This document shows positions 9,132 to 19,004 of a DNA stretch of 64,000 nt, in pieces. Numbering within the stretch: position 1 is the stretch's first letter; each line of letters starts with the position of its first letter. The translations under genes were made by a program, and so were the position numbers. Below the pieces are notes generated by a model. That model saw only the letters and a program-made list of their open reading frames with translations. It was not told the origin of the DNA and ran no database searches. Source of the DNA: Marinicella sp. (GTDB lineage Bacteria; Pseudomonadota; Gammaproteobacteria; Xanthomonadales; Marinicellaceae); the NCBI GenBank assembly GCA_965230295.1, contig OZ246001.1:2112001-2176000 (forward strand), given 5' to 3'.

Positions 9132-9316
9132 GGAGATTGCATCGTTGCTACGCGCCACGCAATGACCAGTTTGATGGGTCGTAGGCTTCAGACCACATTT
9201 AAGCTTCGGACCCACCAGTTCACTTCGACTCCGCTCAGTGAACGGATTGATTCGTTGGCTGAGCGGAGTCGAAGCCCTGTATAAAATACTCATTAAGAGC
9301 GCGGACTTCAGTCCAC
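9132..9316. repeat. Mosaic REP-like cluster (three families)
   Basis: GGAGATTGC...CGCAATGAC (9132-9166); inverted pair CACTTCGACTCCGCTCAGTG (9221-9240) / GGCTGAGCGGAGTCGAAGCC (9257-9276); GGACTTCAGTCC-core copy at 9298-9316 and degenerate copy near 9177-9196. Confidence 0.85.
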
Positions 9317-9401
9317 ATTTCTGAAACATTTCCTTATTCTTTTGTGATGTAAAAAACATGGATCCCTTATAATAAGCCCCATCTGAAATCCACACAAAAT
9401 C

Positions 9402-10445
9402 ATGGCTGAAGAATCGATCACCATAACCCAACCTGATGACTGGCATGTGCACTTGCGCGATGATGCCATGTTGCAACAGGTGGCCCATTACACTGCGCGA
9501 CAATTCGGTCGGGCCATCATCATGCCAAATTTAACACCGCCAGTGACTACGGCTGCGATGGCAGCGGCTTACCGTGATCGAATCAAAGCAGCGACCCAAG
9601 AATATCCAGGTTTTAAGCCATTGATGACGGCTTATTTAACCGACGACATGGATCCGGCAGAAATTGTCAATGGCCATGCGGATGGGGTGTTCACAGCGGC
9701 CAAATTATACCCGGCCAATGCCACCACCAATTCAGCAGCAGGTGTCACCGATGTGACCAAGATCTATCCAGTGCTAGAAGCCATGCAACACCATGGCATC
9801 CCATTGTTGGTACACGGTGAGGTGGTCAGTGATGACATCGATGTGTTTGATCGCGAAGCTGCGTTCATTGATCAAATCATGCAGCCCTTGCTCCAAGCCA
9901 TGCCTGAGTTGAAAGTGGTGTTTGAACACATCACCACCAAGGATGCTGCTGATTTTGTGGCCGCTGGTCAAGACAATCTGGCTGCCACCATCACAGTGCA
10001 TCATTTACAGATCAACCGCAATGACATGCTGGTTGGCGGGATCAAACCGCACTTGTATTGTTTGCCGATTGCCAAACGCGAATTACACCGACAGGCGTTA
10101 AGAAAAGCAGCGACATCTGGTTCCGCTCGATTCTTCTTGGGCACCGACACCGCACCACATGCCATTGGCGATAAAGAAAGCGCTTGTGGATGTGCCGGAA
10201 TCTTCAGTGCACCGCATGCTTTGGAAAATTATGTGCAGGTGTTCGAAGAAGAAGGTGCTTTAGACCAATTTGAAGCCTTTGCGTCACTCAATGGGCCAGC
10301 CTTTTATGGTCTACCGGTTAACAACAAAACCATCACTTTAGAAAAACTCAGTCAACCAGTACCAGCTTCAATTGGTCACGGTGCTTTGTCTATATCACCC
10401 TATCGAGCAAGCGAAACCATTGCTTGGCGACTGAAGGATGAATGA
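9402..10445 (+). CDS. pyrC: Dihydroorotase (type II)
   Basis: [44 protein letters not shown]. Confidence 0.97.
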   Translation: MAEESITITQPDDWHVHLRDDAMLQQVAHYTARQFGRAIIMPNLTPPVTTAAMAAAYRDRIKAATQEYPGFKPLMTAYLTDDMDPAEIVNGHADGVFTAAKLYPANATTNSAAGVTDVTKIYPVLEAMQHHGIPLLVHGEVVSDDIDVFDREAAFIDQIMQPLLQAMPELKVVFEHITTKDAADFVAAGQDNLAATITVHHLQINRNDMLVGGIKPHLYCLPIAKRELHRQALRKAATSGSARFFLGTDTAPHAIGDKESACGCAGIFSAPHALENYVQVFEEEGALDQFEAFASLNGPAFYGLPVNNKTITLEKLSQPVPASIGHGALSISPYRASETIAWRLKDE

Positions 10446-10463
10446 AGACCCAAGAACATTCCT
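10440..10463 (-). repeat. Solo left-end motif of the 1812/55563 element
   Basis: Reverse complement AGGAATGTTCTTGGGTCTTCATTC, 23/24 identical to 1814-1837; overlaps pyrC stop. Confidence 0.8.
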
Positions 10464-10477
10464 CTAATTGGACTGTT

Positions 10478-11122
10478 TCAGCTGGTTTGAAGCTGTAGGT
10501 GGTAGTCAAAAAATTTTCGGCGATTTGGACCATATTCATTGGAGCTGATTTTGTTCGGGTGTTTGATGTCTTTCCAGGCGGTGACCATGCGCCCGGTATT
10601 TACATGAGGGAAATCCAAGCCATCCTTGCCATCCATTCCTAAAAACCGCAGCAATGCGGTTAAAGCACCCGCTTGGCTGACATCGATGCCAAGAACATCA
10701 TCTCGGCCTGCGAAATAAGAATGGATGTTGTGTTGGTGTTGTTTGAAGCATTCAGTGAGGTGGTCTTCAGATGTTGTCTCATTGACTGATTCCAGTTGAA
10801 ACGTTTCATTAAAACAACGTTTGATGATGGGATTGAAATGGCTGTCTGGTTGCAAATATTGACTGATTTTGGACAACAGCATTTGCATGGATGGTACCCA
10901 GTCTGCCAATGCTCGATTTAAGTAAATAAATTTTGAGCCAGGGAACAGGGAATCCAGATGTGGGTAGTCACAGTAACAAGGCGTGTCAGCCACCACATCC
11001 GCCAGGGTAAAGGTTTGTTGGGTATAGGCGGTGTGGGCCACTTTTAACCCTTGATCCAATAATGCGACACAGACACTGGTGGTGCCGGTTCGGGGTAAGC
11101 CAATGATGAACACTTTATTCAT
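10478..11122 (-). CDS. Sulfotransferase family protein
   Basis: KVFIIGLPRTGTTS PAPS-binding loop; FPGSKFIYL.R....W..S. Confidence 0.85.
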   Translation of the reverse strand: MNKVFIIGLPRTGTTSVCVALLDQGLKVAHTAYTQQTFTLADVVADTPCYCDYPHLDSLFPGSKFIYLNRALADWVPSMQMLLSKISQYLQPDSHFNPIIKRCFNETFQLESVNETTSEDHLTECFKQHQHNIHSYFAGRDDVLGIDVSQAGALTALLRFLGMDGKDGLDFPHVNTGRMVTAWKDIKHPNKISSNEYGPNRRKFFDYHLQLQTS

Positions 11123-11300
11123 GGTGTACCAGTATGTCTTGATTCGTATCTGGCGTCAATACACCTTAACTGCCGCCATTAAATCTCAAGAGCTGGTACC
11201 TTTTGGCTTGGGTTTCCGCTAAACTTACTGGCGTAAATACAGACTGGTATGAATGGATGTCCCATCACTGCTGGCTTAACAACAATCATTAAATCCTGTT

Positions 11301-13181
11301 ATGAATCAAATCGATAAAGTGTACCGCCCAGAAATCGATGGCTTACGTGCCGTCTCAGTATTGGCCATTTTACTGTTCCATGGTGGTTTTGAATGGGCCG
11401 GTGGTGGATTTGTTGGGGTGGATGTGTTTTTTGTGATTTCAGGTTATTTGATCACCCGCAACATCCGCCATGACTTGGCCTTACAAAGGTTCAGCATGGC
11501 TGAGTTTTATGTGCGTCGAATTAAACGCCTGTTTCCTGCTTTGCTGTTTACTTTGGCGCTGGTGTTGCTGGCTGGTTTGTGGATGTTTGCACCGGCTGAT
11601 TTGGAACGTCTGGGTCGGTCACTGCAGTACGCCATAGTGTCCTTGTCGAATTTTTTCTTTTGGTCTGAAGCCGGATACTTCAATGATGCATCAGAACTGA
11701 AACCATTGTTGCACACCTGGTCGTTGGCTGTAGAAGAACAGTACTACTTACTGTGGCCGGCTTTGTTGGTGGGTGTGTCGTTGATCAAAAAACGCAGTGC
11801 CTTGGTGGTGTTCCTGTTGCTGTTGATGGCACTGTCTTTGTTATTGAATTTTCTATTCCTGAAAAGTCATCCGTCAGCGGCGTTTTTCTTGTTGCCATTT
11901 CGGGTGTTTGAATTTGCGTTGGGTGCTTTGTGTGTCTCGTTGTATCCCCTCAAATTGCCACACAAATGGATGTCTGAAGCATTCACTGTACTGGGTCTGG
12001 CCATGATCATCGCAGCGGTTGCGTTGTATAACCAAAAAACCGATTTTCCAGGATTCGCTGCTTTGTTGCCCTGTGTGGGTGCTGCGTTGATCATTGTGGC
12101 CAAGCAATCTCGTTTAGGACATTATGGGTTAAGCAATGGTTTGATGCTCAAAATTGGTTTGGCTTCCTATTCCATCTATTTGATACATTGGCCCTTGCTG
12201 GTGTTCTATAAGTATTGGAAGTTCACACCTGTTACTTTGACCGAAACCATCAGTCTATTGGTTGCCTCGATTGTGATCGGCCTGATGATGTGGCGATGGA
12301 TTGAGCAACCCTTTAGAACTTATCAAGAGGGGATGAACAAAAAGCTCTTTTTCATTAAATTCTTTGCGGTGGTTTCAGTGTTCTTTGCGATGGCCTTTTT
12401 GACGCATAAAAATGAGGGATGGCCACAACGCTTCCCTGCAGAATATTTCATGTCGAAAGCAGAGATCAAAGAAAATCGCGATCGCTATTGGTCTTATTTT
12501 GCTGAAGAAAATAAACCTGAAAATCATGTGCAAGGTCGTAAACATGTGGTGGTGATGGGTAACTCGCACGCAGTAGATTTGGTTTATGCCTTGCGTGAAA
12601 ATGACGCTCAATTGAACATAACTTTTTTCAATTCCTGGCACCAATGTTACCACTTTGGCACCCCCTTGGCTCCCGAGGTCAAAGAAACCTGTGACAACCG
12701 CTTGACCAGACATTTAAACAGTCCGGTATGGAAAACGACAGATGCGGTGTATTTGCATGATCATTGGCCAAAGTTGGACTTAAAGGACCTCAAGAGGAGG
12801 TTGGATGAAATCCGTGCCATTACAGCCGCACCCATTTATGTGTTTGGACCCAAAATGTCTTACTACAAAAGGGTGCCTGACATCATTCTGTCACACATGC
12901 GAATGTCTTCTATGAATGAATATGCGATGCAATTTACTCACAAACCCTACCTCAGTAACCTCAACCACATGGTGGCTAAGATGATTAAAAAACTGGAGGT
13001 GGAAGGTATGAATTACGTTGACCTATTGAAAGTTCAATGTGGTGAGGAAATTGATGTTTGTGATGTGGTTTCTCCGGTTGATGGGAACTTCTTGTATTTC
13101 GACTTCAGTCACTTTACTTTACAGGGAGCCAGGGAATTTGGAGCTAAATTGAAAGAATCACACCCTGAAATTTTTCAGTGA
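11301..13181 (+). CDS. OafA/OatA-like O-acyltransferase (acyltransferase-3 plus SGNH domain)
   Basis: YRPEIDGLRA, GVDVFFVISGYLIT, HTWSLAVEEQYY; GNSHA and DFSH catalytic motifs. Confidence 0.92.
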   Translation: MNQIDKVYRPEIDGLRAVSVLAILLFHGGFEWAGGGFVGVDVFFVISGYLITRNIRHDLALQRFSMAEFYVRRIKRLFPALLFTLALVLLAGLWMFAPADLERLGRSLQYAIVSLSNFFFWSEAGYFNDASELKPLLHTWSLAVEEQYYLLWPALLVGVSLIKKRSALVVFLLLLMALSLLLNFLFLKSHPSAAFFLLPFRVFEFALGALCVSLYPLKLPHKWMSEAFTVLGLAMIIAAVALYNQKTDFPGFAALLPCVGAALIIVAKQSRLGHYGLSNGLMLKIGLASYSIYLIHWPLLVFYKYWKFTPVTLTETISLLVASIVIGLMMWRWIEQPFRTYQEGMNKKLFFIKFFAVVSVFFAMAFLTHKNEGWPQRFPAEYFMSKAEIKENRDRYWSYFAEENKPENHVQGRKHVVVMGNSHAVDLVYALRENDAQLNITFFNSWHQCYHFGTPLAPEVKETCDNRLTRHLNSPVWKTTDAVYLHDHWPKLDLKDLKRRLDEIRAITAAPIYVFGPKMSYYKRVPDIILSHMRMSSMNEYAMQFTHKPYLSNLNHMVAKMIKKLEVEGMNYVDLLKVQCGEEIDVCDVVSPVDGNFLYFDFSHFTLQGAREFGAKLKESHPEIFQ

Positions 13182-13274
13182 ACCGAGCCTTATTCCACGA
13201 AAACAACGGTATTTAACAGAAATTACACCTCATCTTTGGTATAAACAGTGTATTCAACTTGAGTTGTTGTCATC

Positions 13275-13697
13275 ATGAAAAAAACACTGCTGATCATTCT
13301 GATATTGTCATTATCTGCTTGTAAAACCAATGAACGCAAAAGGGTTGACTATGCAGCTTTCATTGAAGCACAAGAATTGGTGGCCAAAAATCGCGTCACA
13401 CAATTTCGTTTTCAGGGATGGCAACCCCTGGATGAACGTCATTTGGTTCTCAGGGGCAACCAACGTAAAAGTTATTTGATTAAATTGAACACCTTTTGTA
13501 CCGATCTTCCCTATGCCCAATCCATCCAACTGGACCAAAGCACCAGTTTGTCTTTGGTGGCTAAGTTTGATGCAATCAAGGTACCAGGGCAATTCTCACA
13601 AAGATGCGCCATTGATGCCATCTATGTAATGGATAAAGTACAGAAACAAGCCCTCATGGACTTGAAGAGACCAAACGCTGAGAAAATGATTGAGTGA
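13275..13697 (+). CDS. Lipoprotein, DUF6491-like
   Basis: Lipobox LSAC; W..LD..HL...YL..L...C..L and C.I..IY pattern. Confidence 0.7.
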   Translation: MKKTLLIILILSLSACKTNERKRVDYAAFIEAQELVAKNRVTQFRFQGWQPLDERHLVLRGNQRKSYLIKLNTFCTDLPYAQSIQLDQSTSLSLVAKFDAIKVPGQFSQRCAIDAIYVMDKVQKQALMDLKRPNAEKMIE

Positions 13698-13848
13698 TCG
13701 TACCTAGAAAGATAACCGCTTGTTAAGTCATCCCAGGCTGTATTAGAATAATGTATAAAAGCGTACCTCAAAAGACCAATGGTTTGCGGGTTTGATTATT
13801 CATGATTTCTTCCGCAACGTTGTTAGTTAACTTGCCTAGGAATTGATT

Positions 13849-16104
13849 ATGAAACCTGTTACTGCTCTATCCGAAATTAAAAGCTTGAGCTGTTATGCCA
13901 TCAATGTGTTGTTTGCATTGTCTTTGGTATTCAGTGTCCAAGTATCTGCCCAATCCAATGATGAAGACGAGTCTTTGGTGCTTGAAGAAGTGATTGTTAC
14001 CGCACAAAAACGACCTGAGGATGCACAAAAAGTATCCAAATCAGTATCTATCATGTCCGGTGAAAAATTAGATACGCTGACTTCTGGCGGGATGGACATC
14101 CGGTTTTTGAATGCCCGTTTACCCAGCTTACAAATTGAATCATCTTTTGGGCGTGCTTTTCCAAGGTTTTATATCAGGGGATATGGCAACACCGATTTTG
14201 ATGTGAATGCCTCACAGCCTGTTTCTTTGGTTTACGACGAAGTGGTTCAGGAAAATGCGGTGTTAAAGGGTTTTCCAGCTTTTGATTTAGAGCGAATAGA
14301 GATGTTGCGTGGGCCTCAAGGCACTTTGTTTGGAAGAAACACGCCTGCCGGTATTGTGAAGTTTGATTCTGTTAAACCATCGCAAGATCAGGAGGGTTAT
14401 GCACAAGTTGGGTATGGTACATTCAATCGCATTTCCTTTGAAGGCGCCATGGGTGGGGCCATCACCGATGCTGCCTCGGGACGATTTTCATTGCAGTACC
14501 AACGTCGTGACGATTGGGTTGATAACGGTGGTTTTGTTGATCAACGCAATGTTTTGGAAGGTTATGATGAGTTGGCTTGGCGTGGTCAGTTACGCCATGA
14601 AAGTGATGATTTGGACATCTTGTTTAATTTACACGGTAGAGACAATGAGGGTTCTGCCCGTTTATTCAGGGCCAACATCATTGAACCGGGTACCAATAAT
14701 TTAGTCCAAGGGTTTGACATCGATGACGTGTTCACCGATGGCCTCAACGAACAAGAGCTGGAACAAATTGGCTTTAACTTGCGCATCACCTATGACAGGG
14801 GTGATTACACCTTCACTTCTGTGACCGGCTATGAAGATGTGGAAGTGTTTTCCAGGGGTGACATTGATGGTGGGTTTGGTGCCAGTTTTATTGGTGTATT
14901 TGGACCAGGGTTCATTCCGTTCCCATCTGAGTCTGCTGTCAGTGTGCCAGACCATCAACAAATCACCCAAGAATTCCGGATTGCTTCGAATGACATTGGT
15001 GCTTTTGATTGGCAAGGTGGCTTGTTCTACTTCAGTGAAGACATCACCATAGATAATTTCGGTTATGATTCTCTGGCGTCAGGTAACCCCAGGAACATTG
15101 TTGCACAACAAAAGCAAGACACAACGGCATGGGGTGTATTCATTTCTGGTGACTATGATGTCAACGATCAATTCAGACTGCAAGCAGGACTGCGGTATTC
15201 TAATGATGAAAAAGATTTCGTTGCCTCACGTTTTGAGTCACCATTTGCAGACCCCATTGGGCCATTGGTAGAAAACCCGGAAGATGATGAGATCTCATGG
15301 GATTTGAGCGCCACTTATGAATTCAGTGATGATGTGAATGTCTATACCAGAGTGTCAAAAGGTTTCCGAGCACCCAGTGTTCAGGGTCGCATCTCGTTTG
15401 GTGACACCACCTCTGTGGCAGATTCAGAAACCATATTGTCATGGGAAGCCGGTGTTAAATCCACATTGTTGGATCGTCGATTGCGTTTAAATGCTTCGGT
15501 ATATAGTTATACCGTTGATGATTTGCAATTAACGGCCGTGGGTGGAGTCAGTAATGTAACGGAATTGTTGAATGCCGATAAAGCCAAAGGCAACGGTTTG
15601 GAATTAGAGATTGAGGCCTTATTGTCTGAAAATTTATTACTGACGGCTGGTTACTCCTACAATGACACTGAAATTGATGACCCCAATCTTTACGTCGCTG
15701 GGTGTGGTTCAGGTTGTACCGTTTTGGATCCTGAGAATCCAAATAATCCTGGCCAGTTCTTGATTGATGGCAACAGCTTGCCACAAGCACCAGAGAACGT
15801 GTTCAACATGACTTTGCAATATGCCAGAGACATTGGACCCGGTGAGTTTTTCGTTTTTGCTGATTATGCTTACCGTGATGAAGTCTCGTTCTTTTTGTAT
15901 GAATCCATTGAATACACGGGCAAGAGTCTTGCAGAGTTGGGTTTGAGAACTGGCTATCGCTGGGGACAGTGGCAAGAATTGGCCTTGTTTGTGCGCAACA
16001 TGACAGATGAACAGGTCATAGTCGGAGGGATTGACTTCAATAATTTGACTGGATTTGTGAATGAGCCAAGAACGTTTGGTGTTGAATATAAATATCAATT
16101 TTAA
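13849..16104 (+). CDS. TonB-dependent receptor
   Basis: LEEVIVTAQKR TonB box, DLERIEMLRGPQGTLFGRN plug, C-terminal PRTFGVEYKYQF. Confidence 0.95.
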   Translation: MKPVTALSEIKSLSCYAINVLFALSLVFSVQVSAQSNDEDESLVLEEVIVTAQKRPEDAQKVSKSVSIMSGEKLDTLTSGGMDIRFLNARLPSLQIESSFGRAFPRFYIRGYGNTDFDVNASQPVSLVYDEVVQENAVLKGFPAFDLERIEMLRGPQGTLFGRNTPAGIVKFDSVKPSQDQEGYAQVGYGTFNRISFEGAMGGAITDAASGRFSLQYQRRDDWVDNGGFVDQRNVLEGYDELAWRGQLRHESDDLDILFNLHGRDNEGSARLFRANIIEPGTNNLVQGFDIDDVFTDGLNEQELEQIGFNLRITYDRGDYTFTSVTGYEDVEVFSRGDIDGGFGASFIGVFGPGFIPFPSESAVSVPDHQQITQEFRIASNDIGAFDWQGGLFYFSEDITIDNFGYDSLASGNPRNIVAQQKQDTTAWGVFISGDYDVNDQFRLQAGLRYSNDEKDFVASRFESPFADPIGPLVENPEDDEISWDLSATYEFSDDVNVYTRVSKGFRAPSVQGRISFGDTTSVADSETILSWEAGVKSTLLDRRLRLNASVYSYTVDDLQLTAVGGVSNVTELLNADKAKGNGLELEIEALLSENLLLTAGYSYNDTEIDDPNLYVAGCGSGCTVLDPENPNNPGQFLIDGNSLPQAPENVFNMTLQYARDIGPGEFFVFADYAYRDEVSFFLYESIEYTGKSLAELGLRTGYRWGQWQELALFVRNMTDEQVIVGGIDFNNLTGFVNEPRTFGVEYKYQF

Positions 16105-16145
16105 TGTTATGCTTTTACCATACAAAAAATGACTGAAGGAAGCCT

Positions 16146-16709
16146 ATGATTTTGATGGTGGGTGGCTTGTTGTTGTGGACCTTGATTCATTGGACACCTT
16201 CACTGTTTCCAGGTTTGAAGCGCGGTTGGCGCAGTCAATTAGGTGCTGGTGGCTATCAAGGCAGCTTTGCCTTGTTGGTGTTAGCCGGATTGGTGCTGAT
16301 TGTGGTTGGGTGGAGGCAAACCCCTGCCACCCATGTGTATGCGCCACTTTCAATGTTGAAGCACCCAGCCATGGCCCTGGTGGTGGTCGGCTTCGTTCTG
16401 ATGGGAGCAGCCAATTACGGTTCTCGCATTAAACGCTTCATCAGACACCCACAATTGACCGGTTTTTCTCTCTGGGCGGTGGCCCATTTGTTGCTCAATG
16501 GAGACAGTAAATCCGTACTGGTGTTTAGCTGGTTATTGGTATGGGCCATCAGTGAAATCATTCTGATCAACCGCAGAGATCCTGAATTCACGCCACCTGA
16601 GATCGTCAGTTGGTCCAAAGAAGCGGGGGGGCTGGTGATCAGTTTAGCAGTGGTGGCGTTGTTTGTTTGGTTACATCCTTATATTTCTGGTCGCTATCTG
16701 ATTTATTGA
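16146..16709 (+). CDS. NnrU family membrane protein
   Basis: RHPQL.GF.LWA.AHLL.NGD and WLHP motifs. Confidence 0.85.
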   Translation: MILMVGGLLLWTLIHWTPSLFPGLKRGWRSQLGAGGYQGSFALLVLAGLVLIVVGWRQTPATHVYAPLSMLKHPAMALVVVGFVLMGAANYGSRIKRFIRHPQLTGFSLWAVAHLLLNGDSKSVLVFSWLLVWAISEIILINRRDPEFTPPEIVSWSKEAGGLVISLAVVALFVWLHPYISGRYLIY

Positions 16710-16753
16710 AGTGAATCAGATTTTTCATCTGAATGCAGATTTGAAATGAATAT

Positions 16754-16846
16754 GGGTCGACTGAAGTCGACTACCCTTTAAGCATTTATCCATCGAATTG
16801 ATGGCATGTCTTCATTGGATTGGGTGGTTGATTGACTTCAGTCAAC
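16754..16846. repeat. Inverted pair of GACTTCAGTC-core REP-like palindromes
   Basis: GTCGACTGAAGTCGACTACCC (16756-16776) and TTGACTTCAGTCAA (16832-16845) preceded by GGGTGG. Confidence 0.75.
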
Positions 16847-16969
16847 GCCAGGTTGGCTGTGAACAACGCGCCGTTGTGAAGATTGATATTGGCTTTATTT
16901 GTGCTAAGTGGTTAACTTTATCTTTATTAGATTTGTGTTAGCATGCCAATTTTACCTGCTGTATCGATC

Positions 16970-17500
16970 ATGAAAAAACTGTTTATCCTTATCCTGCTGT
17001 TTGGTGCTGTTGCGAGTGCTACGGCCAAGTCAAAACAAGAAATCAACATCACGGCTGATGCCACCATAGAACGTTTTAAAAAAGAAGTGGTCGGTGGACA
17101 ACAATTCCTGGATCAGGCCACTGCCGTTTTGGTGTTTCCTCAGGTGTTAAAAGCCGGTCTTGGTATTGGTGGTGAGTATGGTGAAGGGGTTCTGCGCCAA
17201 GGCGGCAACAACTTGGCCTATTACAGCACCGCAGCTGCCTCGATAGGCTTCCAGGCAGGTGCCCAGTCAAAGTCTGTGGTGGTGGTTTTCATGACTCAAA
17301 ATGCATTGGATAACTTCCGCAGTAAGAAAGGCTGGAAGGCCGGTGTGGATGGCTCTGTGGCCGTGATTAAATGGGGCGTTGGTGAAGACATCAACACCCT
17401 GGACATCAAAGACCCGGTGGTGGGTTTTATCTTCAGTAACAAAGGTTTGATGTTTAATTTAACCTTGGAAGGTTCGAAGTTTACTGAGATCAAGCGATAA
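16970..17500 (+). CDS. YSC84/SYLF lipid-binding domain protein, secreted
   Basis: VLVFP.V.KAG.GIGGEYGEG, SIGFQAGAQ, GLM.NLTLEGSKF. Confidence 0.9.
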   Translation: MKKLFILILLFGAVASATAKSKQEINITADATIERFKKEVVGGQQFLDQATAVLVFPQVLKAGLGIGGEYGEGVLRQGGNNLAYYSTAAASIGFQAGAQSKSVVVVFMTQNALDNFRSKKGWKAGVDGSVAVIKWGVGEDINTLDIKDPVVGFIFSNKGLMFNLTLEGSKFTEIKR

Positions 17501-17550
17501 GATGAGGTAAATATTAGCCACACAGACGCCAAGCGTGTTTGCTCCGCAAA

Positions 17551-17763
17551 CTGGATCCCGGATCGGAGTCTGGGATGACGATTCTTTCCGGTTCGAAGTT
17601 TACGCTTCAACAAGATCACTGTCATTGCGAGACTTCGAAGAAGTCGTGGCAATCTCCTGGTTCTTGGGTTGAGTTTTCAAAAATTTTACCTTTTAAAACG
17701 AGGACTGAAGTCCTGGCTCCGAAACATTTCAGGTCAAATCGATTGGGCTGAACTACACGCTCC
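17551..17763. repeat. Mosaic REP-like cluster (three families)
   Basis: CTGGATCCCGGATCGGAGTCTGGGATGACG (17551-17580); GTCATTGCGAG...GTGGCAATCTC (17621-17656); AGGACTGAAGTCCT (17701-17714); degenerate copy near 17744-17763. Confidence 0.8.
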
Positions 17764-17949
17764 GATTTGTTTTTCGACTTCGTTTTTATAGACCTGGCCA
17801 CCCTTCATCACAAAGCCCACCTTTTCGAGGGGTTTGATGTTTGCCAAGGGGTTGTCTTTGGCAGCAATCAAGTAGGCTTTGGCCTTGATGGTAACGGTCA
17901 CTGCATGGGCCATTAAGCTGCAGAAAACAAAGCAAAACATTAACTTCAT
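17734..17949 (-). pseudogene. Internally deleted amidohydrolase remnant
   Basis: Signal peptide plus TVTIKAKAYL fused in frame to IAAKDNPLANIKPLEKVGFVMKGGQVYK, the typical amidohydrolase C-terminus; catalytic barrel absent. Confidence 0.7.
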
Positions 17950-18085
17950 TGACTGTTATCCTTAATATTAGATTCTAGATTGTATCTGAGTAAGGGTATC
18001 CCTTGAGTGTTATCAACGGTCACATCATGGCTGAAATCTGATTGAGTTTGTTAGATAATAAGTGTCAATGAACTTCAGGAATCTC

Positions 18086-18634
18086 ATGAAATACCTCACT
18101 TTACTTTTCATTGTGTTCAGCTTTCATTCTCTGGCTGATGACTCAAACCAACCTTATTCAGGGTTGCTGCCTTTGGTAGGACATTGCTGGCAGGCCACTT
18201 TTCCAGATGGCAAGAAAATTGACACACACTGTTTTTCTTCGGTTTATGACGGTGCTTTCATCAAAGACCAACACGTGGTTTGTGGAGAAGGTGCTCCCTA
18301 TTATGGAGAAACCTGGTACAGCCATGATCAGACTTCAAAATCGGTTCAATACAGGTATTACAATTCATTGGGCGGGGTCAGTGATGGTTCTGTGAAATTC
18401 CAGGATAAGCGCTTGGTGTTTCCTGATGAACATTATGAGAACAATGGTCAGCAAATGACCTACCGAACCCATTGGGAGCTGTCAGAGGGGCAATACGTGT
18501 CAACCATGTGGCAAAAGGATGACTCCGTTGAAGGCGGCTGGAAAAAAGTTTGGCACATGTTGTTCAAACAGGTGGATTTGAGTCAGCAGAACGTGGTTCA
18601 GTTTAACCACCAGCACGTACTGCATTGCCATTAA
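18086..18634 (+). CDS. Secreted hypothetical protein (probably beta-rich)
   Basis: AGGA RBS, signal peptide ending SLA, LVGHCW...F....DTHCF motif. Confidence 0.8.
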   Translation: MKYLTLLFIVFSFHSLADDSNQPYSGLLPLVGHCWQATFPDGKKIDTHCFSSVYDGAFIKDQHVVCGEGAPYYGETWYSHDQTSKSVQYRYYNSLGGVSDGSVKFQDKRLVFPDEHYENNGQQMTYRTHWELSEGQYVSTMWQKDDSVEGGWKKVWHMLFKQVDLSQQNVVQFNHQHVLHCH

Positions 18635-18638
18635 TGAC

Positions 18639-19004
18639 ATGCAGCTGATCACAGGGTTGGTGGTATTGGTTGTTTACGACCAGCTTGGTCGGTGGTTAAT
18701 GCGTTCACTTGAATGGCCCATCCCTGGTTCCGTAATGGGATTGTTATTGCTGTTATTAACACTGATGGTGGTCAAGCAACCACCCAAACCTGTGGTGCAG
18801 GCATCAGAGTGGCTGTTACGTCATTTGGCGTTCTTTTTCGTGCCTGCAGGTGTTGGCATCATGATGTTGTATGATTTGATTGCTGATGAATGGTTGGCAA
18901 TGTTGGTCAGCATGGTTGTCAGTACACTCATATCCTTGATGTTTACAGCATGGATGATGCAGTGGTTGATCAAGCAAGTTACAGGGCTGAAAGATGAGGC
19001 TTGA
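18639..19004 (+). CDS. CidA/LrgA family protein
   Basis: PIPGSVMGL and LL.HL.FFFVPAGVG motifs; precedes LrgB. Confidence 0.92.
   Translation: MQLITGLVVLVVYDQLGRWLMRSLEWPIPGSVMGLLLLLLTLMVVKQPPKPVVQASEWLLRHLAFFFVPAGVGIMMLYDLIADEWLAMLVSMVVSTLISLMFTAWMMQWLIKQVTGLKDEA

Noticed and set aside
9114-9503. 129-aa minus-strand ORF
   Set aside because: Antisense to pyrC and runs through the REP cluster.
13698-13848. Riboswitch upstream of the TonB-dependent receptor
   Set aside because: Only a weak TTGCGG/CCGCAA pairing; no cobalamin, TPP or FMN consensus.
17296-17751. ORFs 17296-17652 (-) and 17539-17751 (+)
   Set aside because: Translations of REP sequence or antisense to a real gene.
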